Part shown: positions 38,804 through 51,300 of the stretch, in pieces | Position numbering within the stretch: position 1 is the first letter of the stretch | Layout of the letters: each line of letters begins with the position of its first letter | Assembly: GCA_977862235.1 (NCBI GenBank) | Contig: OZ374563.1 | Coordinates: forward strand, 62,001-126,000 | Length of the DNA: 64,000 bases | Direction of reading: 5' to 3' | DNA from: Dudresnaya verticillata | Taxonomy: Eukaryota | Notes under the pieces: generated by a model | The model's input: the letters and a program-made list of their open reading frames with translations, nothing else | Told to the model about the DNA's origin: nothing | The model's database searches: none | Translations under genes and position numbers: made by a program

Positions 38804-40596
38804 GTCCAGAAAGATAAATGAAGTAGGGGCGATGCTCGGGCTGTGTGTCGTTATGCGTCATGGAAGAAGCAGCCAGTCGCAGGGATGGGCCAGGGCCGTC
38901 GAGAAGAGAAGGCGGCGCAAGGACTGTGCTTCACTATTATAATATCTAACTTGTATCCTTGATGGATATTTGTTTAGAGATATTGCATTACATGCATGCA
39001 ATATCAGATCAATACAATATTGCTAAGATACAATACTTCCACTTATATAGTAGTAACGTCTATATTATTGTTGACTTTCTGAACTACTAGAATACTATCT
39101 CAAGCTGAGAAGTAGAAAGTCTATAAGAACCCTCAATAGTTTGTTCATTCTTGATCTAAGGCATCAGAACGAGAAGAACTATTATAACACATTCAAATAC
39201 ACTTTCTTATTTGATCTATCCATTTATCTTGTCTTATCTTCCTTCTTCACAACGTGTTTCCCTCCTCATTATTAATATAATGCCTATTCCCTCGCGCTCA
39301 AAAGTGCCGTCGTGAGCTGCGTTACAATAATGATTGTTGTAGGCAGTAAACAATGAGATATGCAGTAATATGACACAGTGCATGCTCTTGATCTTTTCAA
39401 TGAGCTGGATGTTGGTATAAAACGGCAACATCAAACGTATAATATGGACAAACTCAATAACTTTCTAATTGCTGGAGTAGCGTGATGGCGGCTTGTTGAG
39501 CAAAGTCCTCGTTCGATTCTTCGAGGTCATTCCAAATACCAACAAATGAGCTTAAACGCCCGGCCAAGTCAACAATTTTCGTTACCCAAGTCTAGCAGTA
39601 CACTGGATATATTCCGGAAACAACAGCTGTTTCCGGACGCATCTGTTTCCGGAATATGGTCCTACAGTATGTAGGTCCATTTCCGGAGGCGCCGATGTGC
39701 CCTAGAATTGGAAACAAAGTTGCATTTCCAGTTCTGGAAACGCCATTAGAGCAGTCCTAAACTTGCTCAATTCGGCGGAGCGTCATATAGTTTGTTTGAG
39801 CGCGCGTTTCACTGCTACGCCCCGTCAGTTGTTTGAAACAAGCTCACTTGTCAATTCGGATTTCGCCCAGTGAATGGCTTCACGTGCTACTCGTTCTTTT
39901 GCGCTGTAGCGCGCTGCCGGCGCGAAGGTTGAGAAAAGTGGGACATACAAGCCGGCAACCGAGGCCAAGGCGAAAGAAACTTGTTAAAGCTACAGATCAT
40001 GGCACACCTGCTCCTTGCGGTACAATCGAGCGCAACGTGCTCGGTGCGCAGCGCCAGCATTCCTTTTGGTACCCGGGCAGCTCTGTCGTTTAATGATTTT
40101 CGAGTGACCGGCGTCCCGATTGTGCACTACTCGCGTGTCACTCAAGCTGTTTCCCCGCGCGGCGTTTTGCAAGACTGCTTGCACAATATATCAGTTGGCT
40201 CTAATGCATGGGCTCGTTCGTCGCACAGTTTACCAATAAATGGTTCATCCAAAGGGTGCAGAATGCAGACAAAGTACACCATACGCATCGTACTAACGTA
40301 CTATCGGAAGGGCGTGCGGTCCTTCTCCAAGAAGAAAACTTTTCGACTCGATGAGGCCAGTCGCCGAATACTGGAATTCATCATTGAGAACCGGTACGAC
40401 GGGGGCTATGCTGGCAGGCACGGTTGCAAGCTGCATTACTAAACGATGTTCACTCGACTTCAAGCTGCTTTCAACACTTCCTGAACAACTCCTTTTCTAA
40501 ACAGATATCCTCACAACGCGTTCTTTCCCACCAGGCGTGACGCCACCAACACTGGAGAATATGCGCAATTTTTCGTATATGCTCTCGCCACCAAGT

Positions 40597-41789
40597 CTAG
40601 CAAAACACTGTAGTTTCAAGGCGGTTCCGTAAAACTTGTCCACACGAAGCGGCAGCAGCTTCCGTTGTACACGGCATGCAGAACAGGCTGTCCACAACAG
40701 ACTGCGGTAACATAAAGTCCAATATGCACTGCGCTTTCGGCTTCATGAAGGAAGACGCAAAGTTCCCGTCCACCTCATTTGGCCCGGTGCACGTAAACAG
40801 TAAATTTGTCAAGGTTGTACCCCCAATAACAAAGTCGCCATCGCCGCTGACCTCGCACCTGCAAGGCGGCACCACAGCTGCACGTGATGTCGAGGGCGAA
40901 GCAGAGGGCGAAGCAGAGGGCGAGGATGATGCCGAGAGTGACGCCGAGGGTGACACCGACGGCGAAACCGACGGCGATGGTGTCATAGACGGCGTCGGAC
41001 TTTGCGAAGCGCAAACTTCGGAGCACTGAGAGGAAGCCAGCTCGATCGTGAGTTGGCAACGCCTGCGATTCCTCTTGGCGCGGGAGATGCACTTCGGGCG
41101 CTTCGCCTTATTCAGCTGCGGCACTGGCGTCTGTCATCCTTGAACTGCTTTTTGCAGGCATTTTTGTTGCACCGCCCGCATCTCTTGGTCACCGCCTGAC
41201 GGACATTCGATGAAGTGAGGGAAGCAGCGAATGTTTGTGAAACTTAAAAAGGGAAGGATGCACACTGAATGGATGGATTGCTGACGAAAGGGAAAGTGAT
41301 GAGATAAAGTGGTATTGATAAGTTGGTAAGTGTTGTTGTGTTTCGATGGCTAGAACTACTGCAGACCTCGAAAAGGTCAGTATAAATAGACCAAAGCCTG
41401 CACTACATCGTAATCTGTCGCATGAATACAACTGTAGTACTAGACGTAACATAAACCTAACAACAGCTAGTTCTGTCATACAGTAGCCGTGAACCGCTGG
41501 AATAATCGTAACAACATATCTAGTATGTAACTACTCAACTGCTTGAACAAGAAGCAGTAAAACAAATACTATGAACGACAGTGCTTGAACGATAAACAGT
41601 AAAAACATATATGTTGAACGGCAGTGTTTGAACCATAAACAGTAAAAACATATATATGTTGAACGGCAGTGCTTGAACCATAAACGGTACAACAAAAAGT
41701 AGTGTTTCAGCCATGATTGAACAGCTCTTCAAGCCAAGTTATTCAGAAACTGCCAGGACGAGGAGAGTGAAGAATAAGGGGAGCTTCAT
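40597..41789 (-). pseudogene. Inverted paralog of the secreted Cys-rich gene, disrupted
   Basis: ATGAAGCTC at 41789; signal peptide split by a 502-bp insertion; 1-bp deletion near 41117; C-terminal domain still open. Confidence 0.85.
41244..41745. mobile_element. 502-bp insertion (probable degenerate solo LTR), TSD GAAAC
   Basis: Absent from paralog A; GAAAC at 41239-41243 and 41746-41750; ends in CA; contains TATAAATA and ~45-bp internal repeats. Confidence 0.7.
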
Positions 41790-41909
41790 GACGTTGTGGG
41801 TCAGATGAGCACTGCAGTGTGCAGTTGCTTGCGGAAGGTGCGACGACGGGCAACAAACAGAACGAATCGCATGTGCAGATTGAGGTCAAGAGGTCTTATA
41901 CAGCTTCAC

Positions 41910-43204
41910 TTCTGCTTGTTCGACCTCCACGTCTTGTAACAGCAGTGAACTATAAAAGAGGTCACGCCCTATCACCACAATGGACTACGGTCTTTCTGAT
42001 TCATTTGCGCAACCAGGGGTGTTTGATTTGCGTAGTTTTCCCGCGACTTTGGTACAGAACATGTTTCCCATCTCCAAGACATTCGTTTATTTCAATAACA
42101 ATTAACTGGTGTGCAAGTCCTTCATTCATACTCTAAATTAGAGACTGTGGCACAAGCCTCTCAACACGACGCTGTCAGAAGGATCTGAAAGTGTGGCGAC
42201 AAGTCCTACATTGTATAATGACGAAATCGAGATGTGCAAGGACTAACCTTCTCGACGCCTCGTCCAGTTTCCCTCCAAAGGATTCAGAGACACTAATATT
42301 CTCAACTCCTCGTCGCCCAGTTTCCCGCCAAAAGATATAGTACCTTGTATTGCACTAAAACTCCCCTTTTTCTCTTTATGTTATTGTTAGTGTGATTTGG
42401 ATAGCAAACCTAGTGAAGTGTGCGGAGCTTTCAACGACAAGCTAACCTGTTTTCTTCCATGTCGGTGAGTGATGTTATAGATTTAGATTACAGCGCACAA
42501 TACATTTCTTGGATCCGACTTTCTCTCCAGAAACGCTATTTGATAGGAGAGAGGAGACCTTTATTAAAGAACAAGAGAGAAGCCCCTTAAGGGGGCTTAG
42601 GATTCAGAGCTACCATAAAGACGCGGAGGAGCAAGCTTGCGGCGGTTGACACTCACCGCGACGCATTGGAGAACTAAAGAGAGTAAACCAGTAGTGAGGC
42701 GAAGTTTCTCCGTAGACGGAGAGGTCCCGCGCTTGCTAGCAATGAAATTAGCAATACGTTGGGCGCCAATTTCAAAGCCAGATCCAACACGGCCATTCAA
42801 AGCGTTGTGTTGGGGCTCCGTAGCCAATGCCAGACGGGGATCACGGTGTAAGGTTTTTTGTTTTCCCTTGTTGTAGTAGGCCTGGTTCTCGTACGGTCAT
42901 CTTTTCGTTGTACGTTTCGTACCCGTTTCTTTTTAGCTCCTGGCCGAAGCTTGGCCTATATACTGGTTCTGGACTACTTTTCAAGCAGGGCTTCCTTACT
43001 CTGCATCTAACTATATCGTACTTATTATACCTTATCGTCCTATCGTATCGCTCGTATCGCTAACAGTAAACCGATAGGGCCTGCTGTCCTCTGTTCAAAG
43101 CCGCTATTGATACTGATACTGCCCGGTTGTTTCTCTCTGCTGAGTACACAACATCTTTGTCTCTATTTCTGCTTTCAGAAAACTTTGTTGCTCCGATGCC
43201 AGTA
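41910..43204. mobile_element. ~1.3-kb unclassified insertion just upstream of the paralog B TATA box
   Basis: Absent from arm A; possible TTCAC duplication at 41905-41909 and 43205-43209; no TG..CA ends or TIR seen. Confidence 0.5.
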
Positions 43205-44164
43205 TTCACCACTTTGGAAGCAAAGGTTGAAATTTTCATAGAGCTTGAACTTGACTTTGTACAACATAATCCACAGGCTTACAGCCATCAACGGTCTGCC
43301 TGTTGCATGATGCGACGGGGGCCCGCCTATGAAATTGCACATACATTAGCACGGATGCTGTGACAGCTACATGAAACACACGCCCTCAAGCTTGCTGTCG
43401 GCAAGCGGCAGCAAGAAGGCTGCTGTTCGGTTGCAATGTGGGCCTCGGCCGATTACGGGGGCTCTGCCTGAGCAGGCCGACACCGAGCCCGGGAGTCAAA
43501 CGTGGGATTGGTACAATGGATAGTTTAACTGTAGGAGGCCTTTTCCAAGGCGAATATGGACTCGGAGGGATTGCAGATCAGTATCGAACGATCAGCTTTT
43601 GATCGGGACAGGTCAGCGGGTTGACGCAAGAATCGTGCATGCTGCAAAATTTAGGCCTTATATTCCGACTCTGCCACGCAGATACGTCCATCTGCGGGAA
43701 GCATCATGGCTTGAGTTATTTCTCATTCTACGGGAATTGCAACTCGGGACTCGCCAAGTGTTGTCATAACATTGGGTGACGTCACGCGCCGTGGTAGCGT
43801 AACGCTCACCATTGGGTGACGTGACGATGGCGTGCTTTAGGCGGCCAGTCGTATCGCGGAGTGACGAACTTCTCCACGGTCAATTTACCATCTCGCAACT
43901 GCCGGAGAACTGAAAGGAACTGCAGAGAAACAAAGGCCTGCACTTAAAACTGCCCACTGCTGCCATTCCGCATAAATCCCACAGCTTTAAAATAGTTGCG
44001 ATGCAGAAAGCGCCCTGCAGGCCAGAAAGCTCTGCCAGGCACTATCTCAGCAGTTCCTCAACGATGCGGCTGGGACGACTGTCACGACCGTCACAAATAG
44101 TGAATACCGTACTGCATCTAAATTAAATAAGGGAACTATACAATACTGTTATCAACTGTACAGT

Positions 44165-44612
44165 TGTCGTTTGCTGGAAATGATCTGACATAGAGCTGTT
44201 CAGAAGGGACGAGGAGGTAAGGCTGGGCGGCTAGTCGAATCGGCACGGTTGCCGGTCAGGTCCGTTCCTTTTTTCCTCTCGTTTATCAGTCTAGCAATGA
44301 GGAGTCTGCTTAAATGCTGTTCTCGTTTTCTCCTCTCTGGGCTGTAGCGCCCTTTTCGCGGCGATACACTTCGGCGATGCTTTCATGAGCATTTGTTCGC
44401 GAATTGTGCTAGCACTTATTCCGGTTGCACATTTGCCTTGGTGAAGGGGCGTGAGTATTTGTATTCGTGAGTGTGCGAATTGGCCTGGTGGTTCTCGTGC
44501 TCGTCGATTAGCATTGCATTGTCTTGCTTTCGTTTCGTATTGCATTTCCTCGTAGTGCTCGTGAGCTGGCTTTGCTTTGTATTGCTTTCGATTTGTTGTG
44601 CTGCGTTTGACA
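44165..44612 (-). repeat. Copia 3' LTR (448 bp)
   Basis: Matches 31048-31495 and 63566-64000. Confidence 0.95.
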
Positions 44613-44796
44613 TGTCCCCCAGTCATCTCATTAACATCTTGTTACACAAATGTATAGAGGTGACTTAAGTTAATGGAAATGCCGGGGACTTGGTTGCTTG
44701 CGTCGATGTAGCCCCTTTAGTGAGGATCGGAATGCGTAGGGCCGGATGGTCTTCGAGTTGGTAATTCGGCTGGAGATTGTTGTGATGAGGTGACGT

Positions 44797-44950
44797 TTAT
44801 GTACATGTTGCACTATCCAATTCGTAACCAGTATCGAGGCTTATAGTGAGTTTCCCGCTAGTTACAACTTCGTTAAGCATGCGAAAGCTCTTTGTGTTCC
44901 TCTTGGTTAGGAAGTCTGCGACGTTTACGCCACCAGGGATCCATCTCAGG
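44797..44950 (-). pseudogene. Displaced C-terminal end of the Copia RNase H
   Basis: RWIPGGVNVADFLTK continues ...EARDLDVL from 58386 once the insertions are removed. Confidence 0.9.
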
Positions 44951-45808
44951 TGTGGTGTATGTGGTATAGACGCTATTCGTGAAATGACTCCGTGATCTAC
45001 GCAAAAATAACCGAGAAATACGAATTTCGAAGTGACTTCGTGAATGCGCACGCCACGATGGCACACGTATTACAGAGCGCATACTTTGCCAGCGCCACGA
45101 TGGCATACGCATTATAGCACGCACGTGATACGAAATCGCTGACACCTCCGGATGAATCCCGATCCGACGTCGTGATCGCGCGCGCCACGATGGCATTCGC
45201 ATTACAGTGCGCACCCGATACGAAATCGCTGACACCTTCGTGACTTTCCCGTTCTTTCCCGCGCGTAACGGCACCGCGGCCCACGCGACACGCGCACCTC
45301 CGTATGCATCGCTGGCGCACTTCGCAACCGCCACCATACGTGAGGCGACCGTTCGTTGGCACCGAGGCCGTTACGAATCATTCGAGTACGAAACCGTCTC
45401 CCGCGTTGACGCGTATTCGTGCTCCCGTAGTGCTACTTAGTAGCCAGTCGTCTGGCACAACCTCCGAGGGTTCCCGGAGAAGCGACTAGCGCCCGGACCT
45501 CGGAGTCTTCGGTAAACGCCTGTTTCTTCGAGTTCGGTGTCTTCGTCTGCGTGACCACGGATACGGTCGAGCCTCGCTTTCGATAGCCCCGCGCACCCGG
45601 GGTCATCCCCGGTGATCGATCGCTCGAGTTCTCGCTTCCGCACACGAATACGTTGACACCGTAGTCCTTCGTGTTGGTCGCTCCGCTCTACCACGCTACC
45701 ACCCCTTTTCGTTTCTCCGTTAGGCTACGAGGCCATTCGTTAGGCTCCGAGGCCATTCCTTACAGTGCGAGACTTCCCCGCGTCACCGTGGACTTCGTTA
45801 TACCACAC

Positions 45809-45827
45809 TGGTCTCCCGACCTAGAAC
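45809..45827 (+). promoter_or_regulatory. Gypsy primer-binding site, possibly tRNA-Tyr
   Basis: TGGTCTCCCGACC directly after the 5' LTR; its complement ...CGGGAGA-CCA fits the G72/A73 end of eukaryotic tRNA-Tyr (inference). Confidence 0.65.
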
Positions 45828-45878
45828 GTGGTCCCGAAGTTTCGCATTTATTCGTAATTCGTTTCTATCCGAGACACG

Positions 45879-48329
45879 ATGTCTCACGCTCCGAGTCGTC
45901 CCGATTCGCCGGTACCGAAACCCGATGACGTACCGATTCCGGAGCTCCCGTTGTTCGACTCGAACGCGAGTGACCGAGAACCGTTTTCTCGCACTCGCGC
46001 TTCACGAATAACGGTACCCGATCTTCGCACAGACTCGCGTTCGCAGGCTCACGGTAGCCAGTCCGACCTCTCGTATACGTACACTCCGTTGGAAATCGTT
46101 CCCTCGGATACCGTCGATCGGCTCTTCTCGATGAAGCACGTCTCCGGTTCCGAATTACGTTTACTCTACGAAGAGGTCATCGATGCGCTTTCTACCGCGT
46201 ACCGTATCACGCAGCTTTCGATTCGTAATACGCACAATCGAGTTCACGAAGAGTTTAACAATCTCCGCGCTGGCAAGGTCCGTAGGATCGAAGACTCACT
46301 CGAGAGTCTCCGGGATCTCGTCTCGGGAGTCAGCAATCGGTTTCTCGTGCTCGAGCGCAACGTATCCGCCCCCGTGGGCAAGGCGAGTCACTCGCTTCCC
46401 GTTCGCAGCTCGCACGCATTCTCCGAGGAACAGTTGAACGCTATTCGTGACATCGTGTCCGCAGCGTTACCGAAGTCTCGAAGTCGCGAAGATCATTCCG
46501 AAGCCCGTCCTGACCCCCGCAATTCGCCGCTGGTTCAACCCGTGCAAGGCCCGGGTGCCCAATCTACGTTACCGAAAAACCCGTATCCGAATCCGTCCCC
46601 GCACGCTTTATCGAATCAGGCAACCGATGCCTCCGACAACCCCCGTATCAACCCCGCAGTATTCCGAGATTCGCTTCAACAACCAATGTCCCCCGGAGGA
46701 CCCGTAATCGAAAATACGTTAGCGCTCGCGGGACCCGTGTCATCGTTCTGGCACTGGGGACCGCTCGAGCCGGGCGTCGAACCGATACCGACGCTCATTC
46801 CCGAATTCGCGCGGGCCGTAAGCTATCGATCGTATCGACTCACGAATTCGTCACCTCGGGATAATCAACACGAAGTATTCCGAGGTAACACGTCGAAAAC
46901 CGTTTCACGCATGCGTTCGATGATGCCGAGACTCGAGAAGTTCACGGGACGCGACCCGATTAAGGTTCTCGCATTTCTTCGTGATATTCGACAAGCGCTG
47001 AACGGAGTCGGGCTTTCCGAAGGAGCAGCGGTTCGTACGATTTCGTGGTTTCTCGATGAGACCGCGCTCAAGGTGTATCAACACTATGCCTTCGGAGGCG
47101 TTCGTACGGGCAACCCGGTTTGCTGGTCCGCGATCGTGAACGTGTTACTACAACGATTTCTCACGGAAGACGTAATCGCAGACGCACACGATCGCGTGAT
47201 AACCACGAAGCAGAAGTCCGATGAAACCGAGATGGAGTTCGCGACTCGCTTGCAAGGCTACGCGGATGTCTGCTCCGGTGTCTACGATGACTCTTCGTTA
47301 ACGCACCAGTTTATTCGTGGATTACTACCTACGACGTATCCTATCGTGGCCGACCAGGTGCGATGCCTACCGCTGTCCGAGCAGAAGAATTTTATGAGCG
47401 TGCAACGAATCGCGCAAGCCGAAGGCACGACATTCCGAGCTCGCGAACTACGTGACACCGCGGCCCAACAGTCGCGTGATTCGAAGAACCGAGTGTCTCC
47501 TACGTACCCGAAGAGTCGCCAAGCGCCCGGACGCACGATGCTTATCGAAGCTTGCGACACTCCCGGGAGTGAATACGAGTACCCGATGAACGAAGATCCG
47601 CAAATGGCCGTGATGATGATTCGTTCAGGAACCGGGTCCACATCCGCTACACCGACTACTTCGACAACGGTCTCCGTGGACGATACGTTAGATCTCACGA
47701 GTCGCATCGAGCGTTTCGTACCCGCACGTGTCCCACCGATGACCCCGGAGCAAATCGAGATGGCGCGTTCGATGATACCGAAGAATCAAGATGGGTGGCC
47801 GTGTTGGTTCTGTCGCGAAATCGGTCACCTCATGTATTCGTGTCCGTATCTCACGAAGGAGCAACAACTCTATTGCGCGTACCAGAACTACATGTACCAA
47901 CTCGAAACGAGACCGTATACGCGTAATAACTTCGTGAATCGCGGCGCATCAAGAGGGAATTCGTTCGCGTCCGTTGACAATCGAGGTCACAGTGGACAAG
48001 ACTCCCGAGGACCACGTGACAATCGCGTGAACCGAGATCTTCGTCAAGGCGATACGCGCTACCCGAGGGACCGAGCCCAGCGTCAAGTCAGCTTCGAGCG
48101 TCGAGGGCCGCCGACCGTCCTCCGCAATCCGAGACACGCGCAGGCCCCGGGCCGTCAACCGGTTCTCGCAGTCCGTGAAGACGTTGATGCGATTGAGCCG
48201 AGTCACCCGAACCTGCCCTCGGAGGCTTACGAAGACTCCGCGAACAACGGAAGAGGTGATCGATCAACCTCCCCATTGGACGCGGACGCTCGCAATTCGG
48301 ATTCTAGTTCGAGTTCGGAAAACGAGTAA
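45879..48329 (+). CDS. gag: Gypsy Gag (816 aa) with CCHC zinc knuckle
   Basis: Intact ORF; capsid-like LEKFTGRDP...FL and QKSDETEMEFATRL; CWFCREIGHLMYSC. Confidence 0.92.
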   Translation: MSHAPSRPDSPVPKPDDVPIPELPLFDSNASDREPFSRTRASRITVPDLRTDSRSQAHGSQSDLSYTYTPLEIVPSDTVDRLFSMKHVSGSELRLLYEEVIDALSTAYRITQLSIRNTHNRVHEEFNNLRAGKVRRIEDSLESLRDLVSGVSNRFLVLERNVSAPVGKASHSLPVRSSHAFSEEQLNAIRDIVSAALPKSRSREDHSEARPDPRNSPLVQPVQGPGAQSTLPKNPYPNPSPHALSNQATDASDNPRINPAVFRDSLQQPMSPGGPVIENTLALAGPVSSFWHWGPLEPGVEPIPTLIPEFARAVSYRSYRLTNSSPRDNQHEVFRGNTSKTVSRMRSMMPRLEKFTGRDPIKVLAFLRDIRQALNGVGLSEGAAVRTISWFLDETALKVYQHYAFGGVRTGNPVCWSAIVNVLLQRFLTEDVIADAHDRVITTKQKSDETEMEFATRLQGYADVCSGVYDDSSLTHQFIRGLLPTTYPIVADQVRCLPLSEQKNFMSVQRIAQAEGTTFRARELRDTAAQQSRDSKNRVSPTYPKSRQAPGRTMLIEACDTPGSEYEYPMNEDPQMAVMMIRSGTGSTSATPTTSTTVSVDDTLDLTSRIERFVPARVPPMTPEQIEMARSMIPKNQDGWPCWFCREIGHLMYSCPYLTKEQQLYCAYQNYMYQLETRPYTRNNFVNRGASRGNSFASVDNRGHSGQDSRGPRDNRVNRDLRQGDTRYPRDRAQRQVSFERRGPPTVLRNPRHAQAPGRQPVLAVREDVDAIEPSHPNLPSEAYEDSANNGRGDRSTSPLDADARNSDSSSSSENE

Positions 48330-51300
48330 AGGCGAAGACGCCCGTTGTGTCACGTACTTCGTCTGAATCCGTTCCCCGAGACACTCCGCGTATTCCGATT
48401 CCGAGGGCCGCTGCGATGCGAAGGAAGCGCGCTGCACGACGACGAGACCGAAAGCGATGTCGAGTCCTCGCGAAAGACGCTTCGTGCGAAAACAATTCGA
48501 AGAAGATACCGATCTCGAAGATCGAACTCGAAGTTATCACCGAGGGATACGTTTGCTTGATGACTTCGGGGATCTTCCTCGTGACCGGGTCCATTGCCCT
48601 CGATGCCTCCGTAATGACGCCGCATACGATTGCAGTCGATACGTGTTCCGGTTACAACCTAATAGCCCGGGCTGCGTTACCCACCGGTTGGGAAGCGAAC
48701 GCGTCCACGATGGAATCAGCTCCGAGGCTCGCGTCCGCTGATCGCACCCCGTTGCGACTCGATGGTATCGTTTACCTGACAGTCCGCCTTGGGAACGTTC
48801 GATACCGCGTACCCTTCGTGGTTGCGGAGAAACTCGCAGTCGATGTTCTCCTTGGAACTTCGTGGATGGACGCGCATTTACGAAGCATCGAGCTCAGCCC
48901 ACGGAGGCTCATCACGAAGAGTGAAAGCACGATTCCGATTATCAATCGCACTGCTGGATCTGCTCAGCCCGCAATTAATTCGAAAAATCCGAAGCAAAAA
49001 ACCGAGAAAACGCTATCGAAGCGACGTCAACGCGAGCTCCACGATTGGGACCGAGACACCCGTACCATTCGTTTGAACCGCCGCGTCACCATACCGAGTT
49101 ATTCGCAGAAGCTAGTCACCGTGACCTCGGAAGCACTCGGACTAATTCATATCGAACCGAAGCCTTCGTTACAACACCGACACGGAGTACGGTTAACGAA
49201 CGGGATACACGAAGTCAGCCCGAATCGCGAGTTTTCGGTGTTGATAGCGAACTTCACGGATAAGCCTCGAGCCCTACCGAAGGGAACCATCATCGGATAC
49301 GCAGCTCGAAACCCGCTCGCAATTCTGACACCCGATCGCGAAGTCGCGGATTCGTTTGCCAAGGTGCTCAACATCTCTACGCTACGTGAGCACAACGACT
49401 CGAAGTCACCCGAAGAATCCGTATCCACGAAGGAAAAACCGCTCACGAAGGGCGCCGCGACTGCAGCAGCAGAAGCCAATTCGAGTTCCCGCGATTGGGA
49501 AGAACGCGTAGATCTTTCGAACATACCCGACGAAACTATGCGAAACGAGGTCCTCGAGATGCTACATAAGCACGAATCGATGTGGAACGGAGACCTCGGA
49601 ACGATCGCAGCCACGGAGCATCGGATCGATCTACAACCCGGGACTCGACCTATTCGTTCGATGCCCTACCATCAAGGGCCTGCAATACGGTAAATCGTCC
49701 GTAACGAAATCGACAGTATGCTCGAAGCCGGAGTAATCGAACCAGCCACCTCGGAGTGGGCGTCCCCCGTAGTCCTCGCACCGAAGAAAGACGGAACACT
49801 TCTTTTTTGCGTAGATTACCGCAGACTCAATACGAAGACGCTATCCGACGCGTACCCACTTCCCCGGATGGAAGATTGTATCGATTCACTCGGAGACGCT
49901 TCGATTTTCTCGACACTCGATTGTAACAGCGGATACTGGAAGATTCCGGTTGCCCCGGAAGACCGCGATAAGACTACGTTTACTTCGTTTCTCGGAACTT
50001 ATCGCTATCTTCGTATGCCCTTCGGATTGAAAAACGCACCCGCTACGTTTCAACGCGCACTCGATATCATTCTATCCGGAGTCCGTTGGCAGTGCTGTCT
50101 CGTTTACCTCGATGACGTGATCTTTTTCTCCGCAAATCTTCGTGAACACATCGCGCATCTCGATCAAGTTCTCACGCTACTTCGTAACTCCGGGGTTTCG
50201 CTCAAGATGAAGAAGTGCTTCCTCTTCCGAAAACGAGTCGACTATCTCGGACACGTAATTTCCCCGGGGAAGCTGAGTATGGCCGAGAAGAGCTCCGAAG
50301 CATTCCGATACGCGAAGTTCCCGAAGACACTCACGCAAGTCCGTTCGTTCCTCGGCGCGTGTAACGTATACCGAAGATTCGTGAAAGACTTCGCGAAAAT
50401 TGCGCGACCATTGACGAACATGACGCGAAAGGACGCGGATCCCGACTACGAGAATCCCACGGAGGATCAGGTTACCGCATTCGAAACGCTCAAACGGAAG
50501 CTCGTGTCACCGCCGATACTACGGTTACCGCAACTCGGGAAACGTTACATTATCGATACGGACGCGTCTGCGTATCAACTCGGATGCGCGTTGCTACAGG
50601 AGCAAGATAACGAAGAATTCCAACCCGTGGGCTACTGATCGTATTCGTTAAACGATGCCGAGAAGAACTACTCCGCAACCGAGCGCGAGTGCTACGCAGT
50701 CGTTTGGGCGGTTACTTCGTTGCGTCCGTATATCGAAGGGACCCGGTTCACCGTGCGTACGGACCACGATGCGCTCCGATGGCTTCTTTCTCTCACCGAT
50801 TCGTCCGGGCGACTCACGCGATGGAGGTTTCGCTTAGCCGAATTCGACTTCGAAATCGTGTATCGCCCCGGTCGCGTCCACCAGATTCCCGATTCCCTCT
50901 CGCGATTGCTACTTCCGCATCGCGAACAGCCCGCAATCGACGACGAAGTTCCTACGTTTGACTCGGATCAAATTGCAGCGAAGAACGAAGAACGTTTCCC
51001 CAACGACATTACGAAAACCATCGAAAACGAAAGAGACCCGGTTCTCATTACTACGCGATCCCGCAAACGTCAATCGAAGCCCACCGCGATTCGCCACGAC
51101 TCTACGCGAAAGACTACACCCGCCACACGCGTACATCGAGCAGGCACTACGCCACGACCCACGGAGGTCACCACGGGTTCCGAACCCCACCATCATACGT
51201 GCCACGAAGGCTGCCAACAACACGACGCAGAACTACGTGATGAATACGCAGGCCAAAAGGATGTCTACGATGACTGCGACTTATGGGACTATATCGATGA

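Noticed and set aside
39600..39760. Harbinger-like end (GAGCAGTCC-TAA) with TTCCGGA repeats
   Set aside because: No convincing partner TIR found, so no element could be delimited
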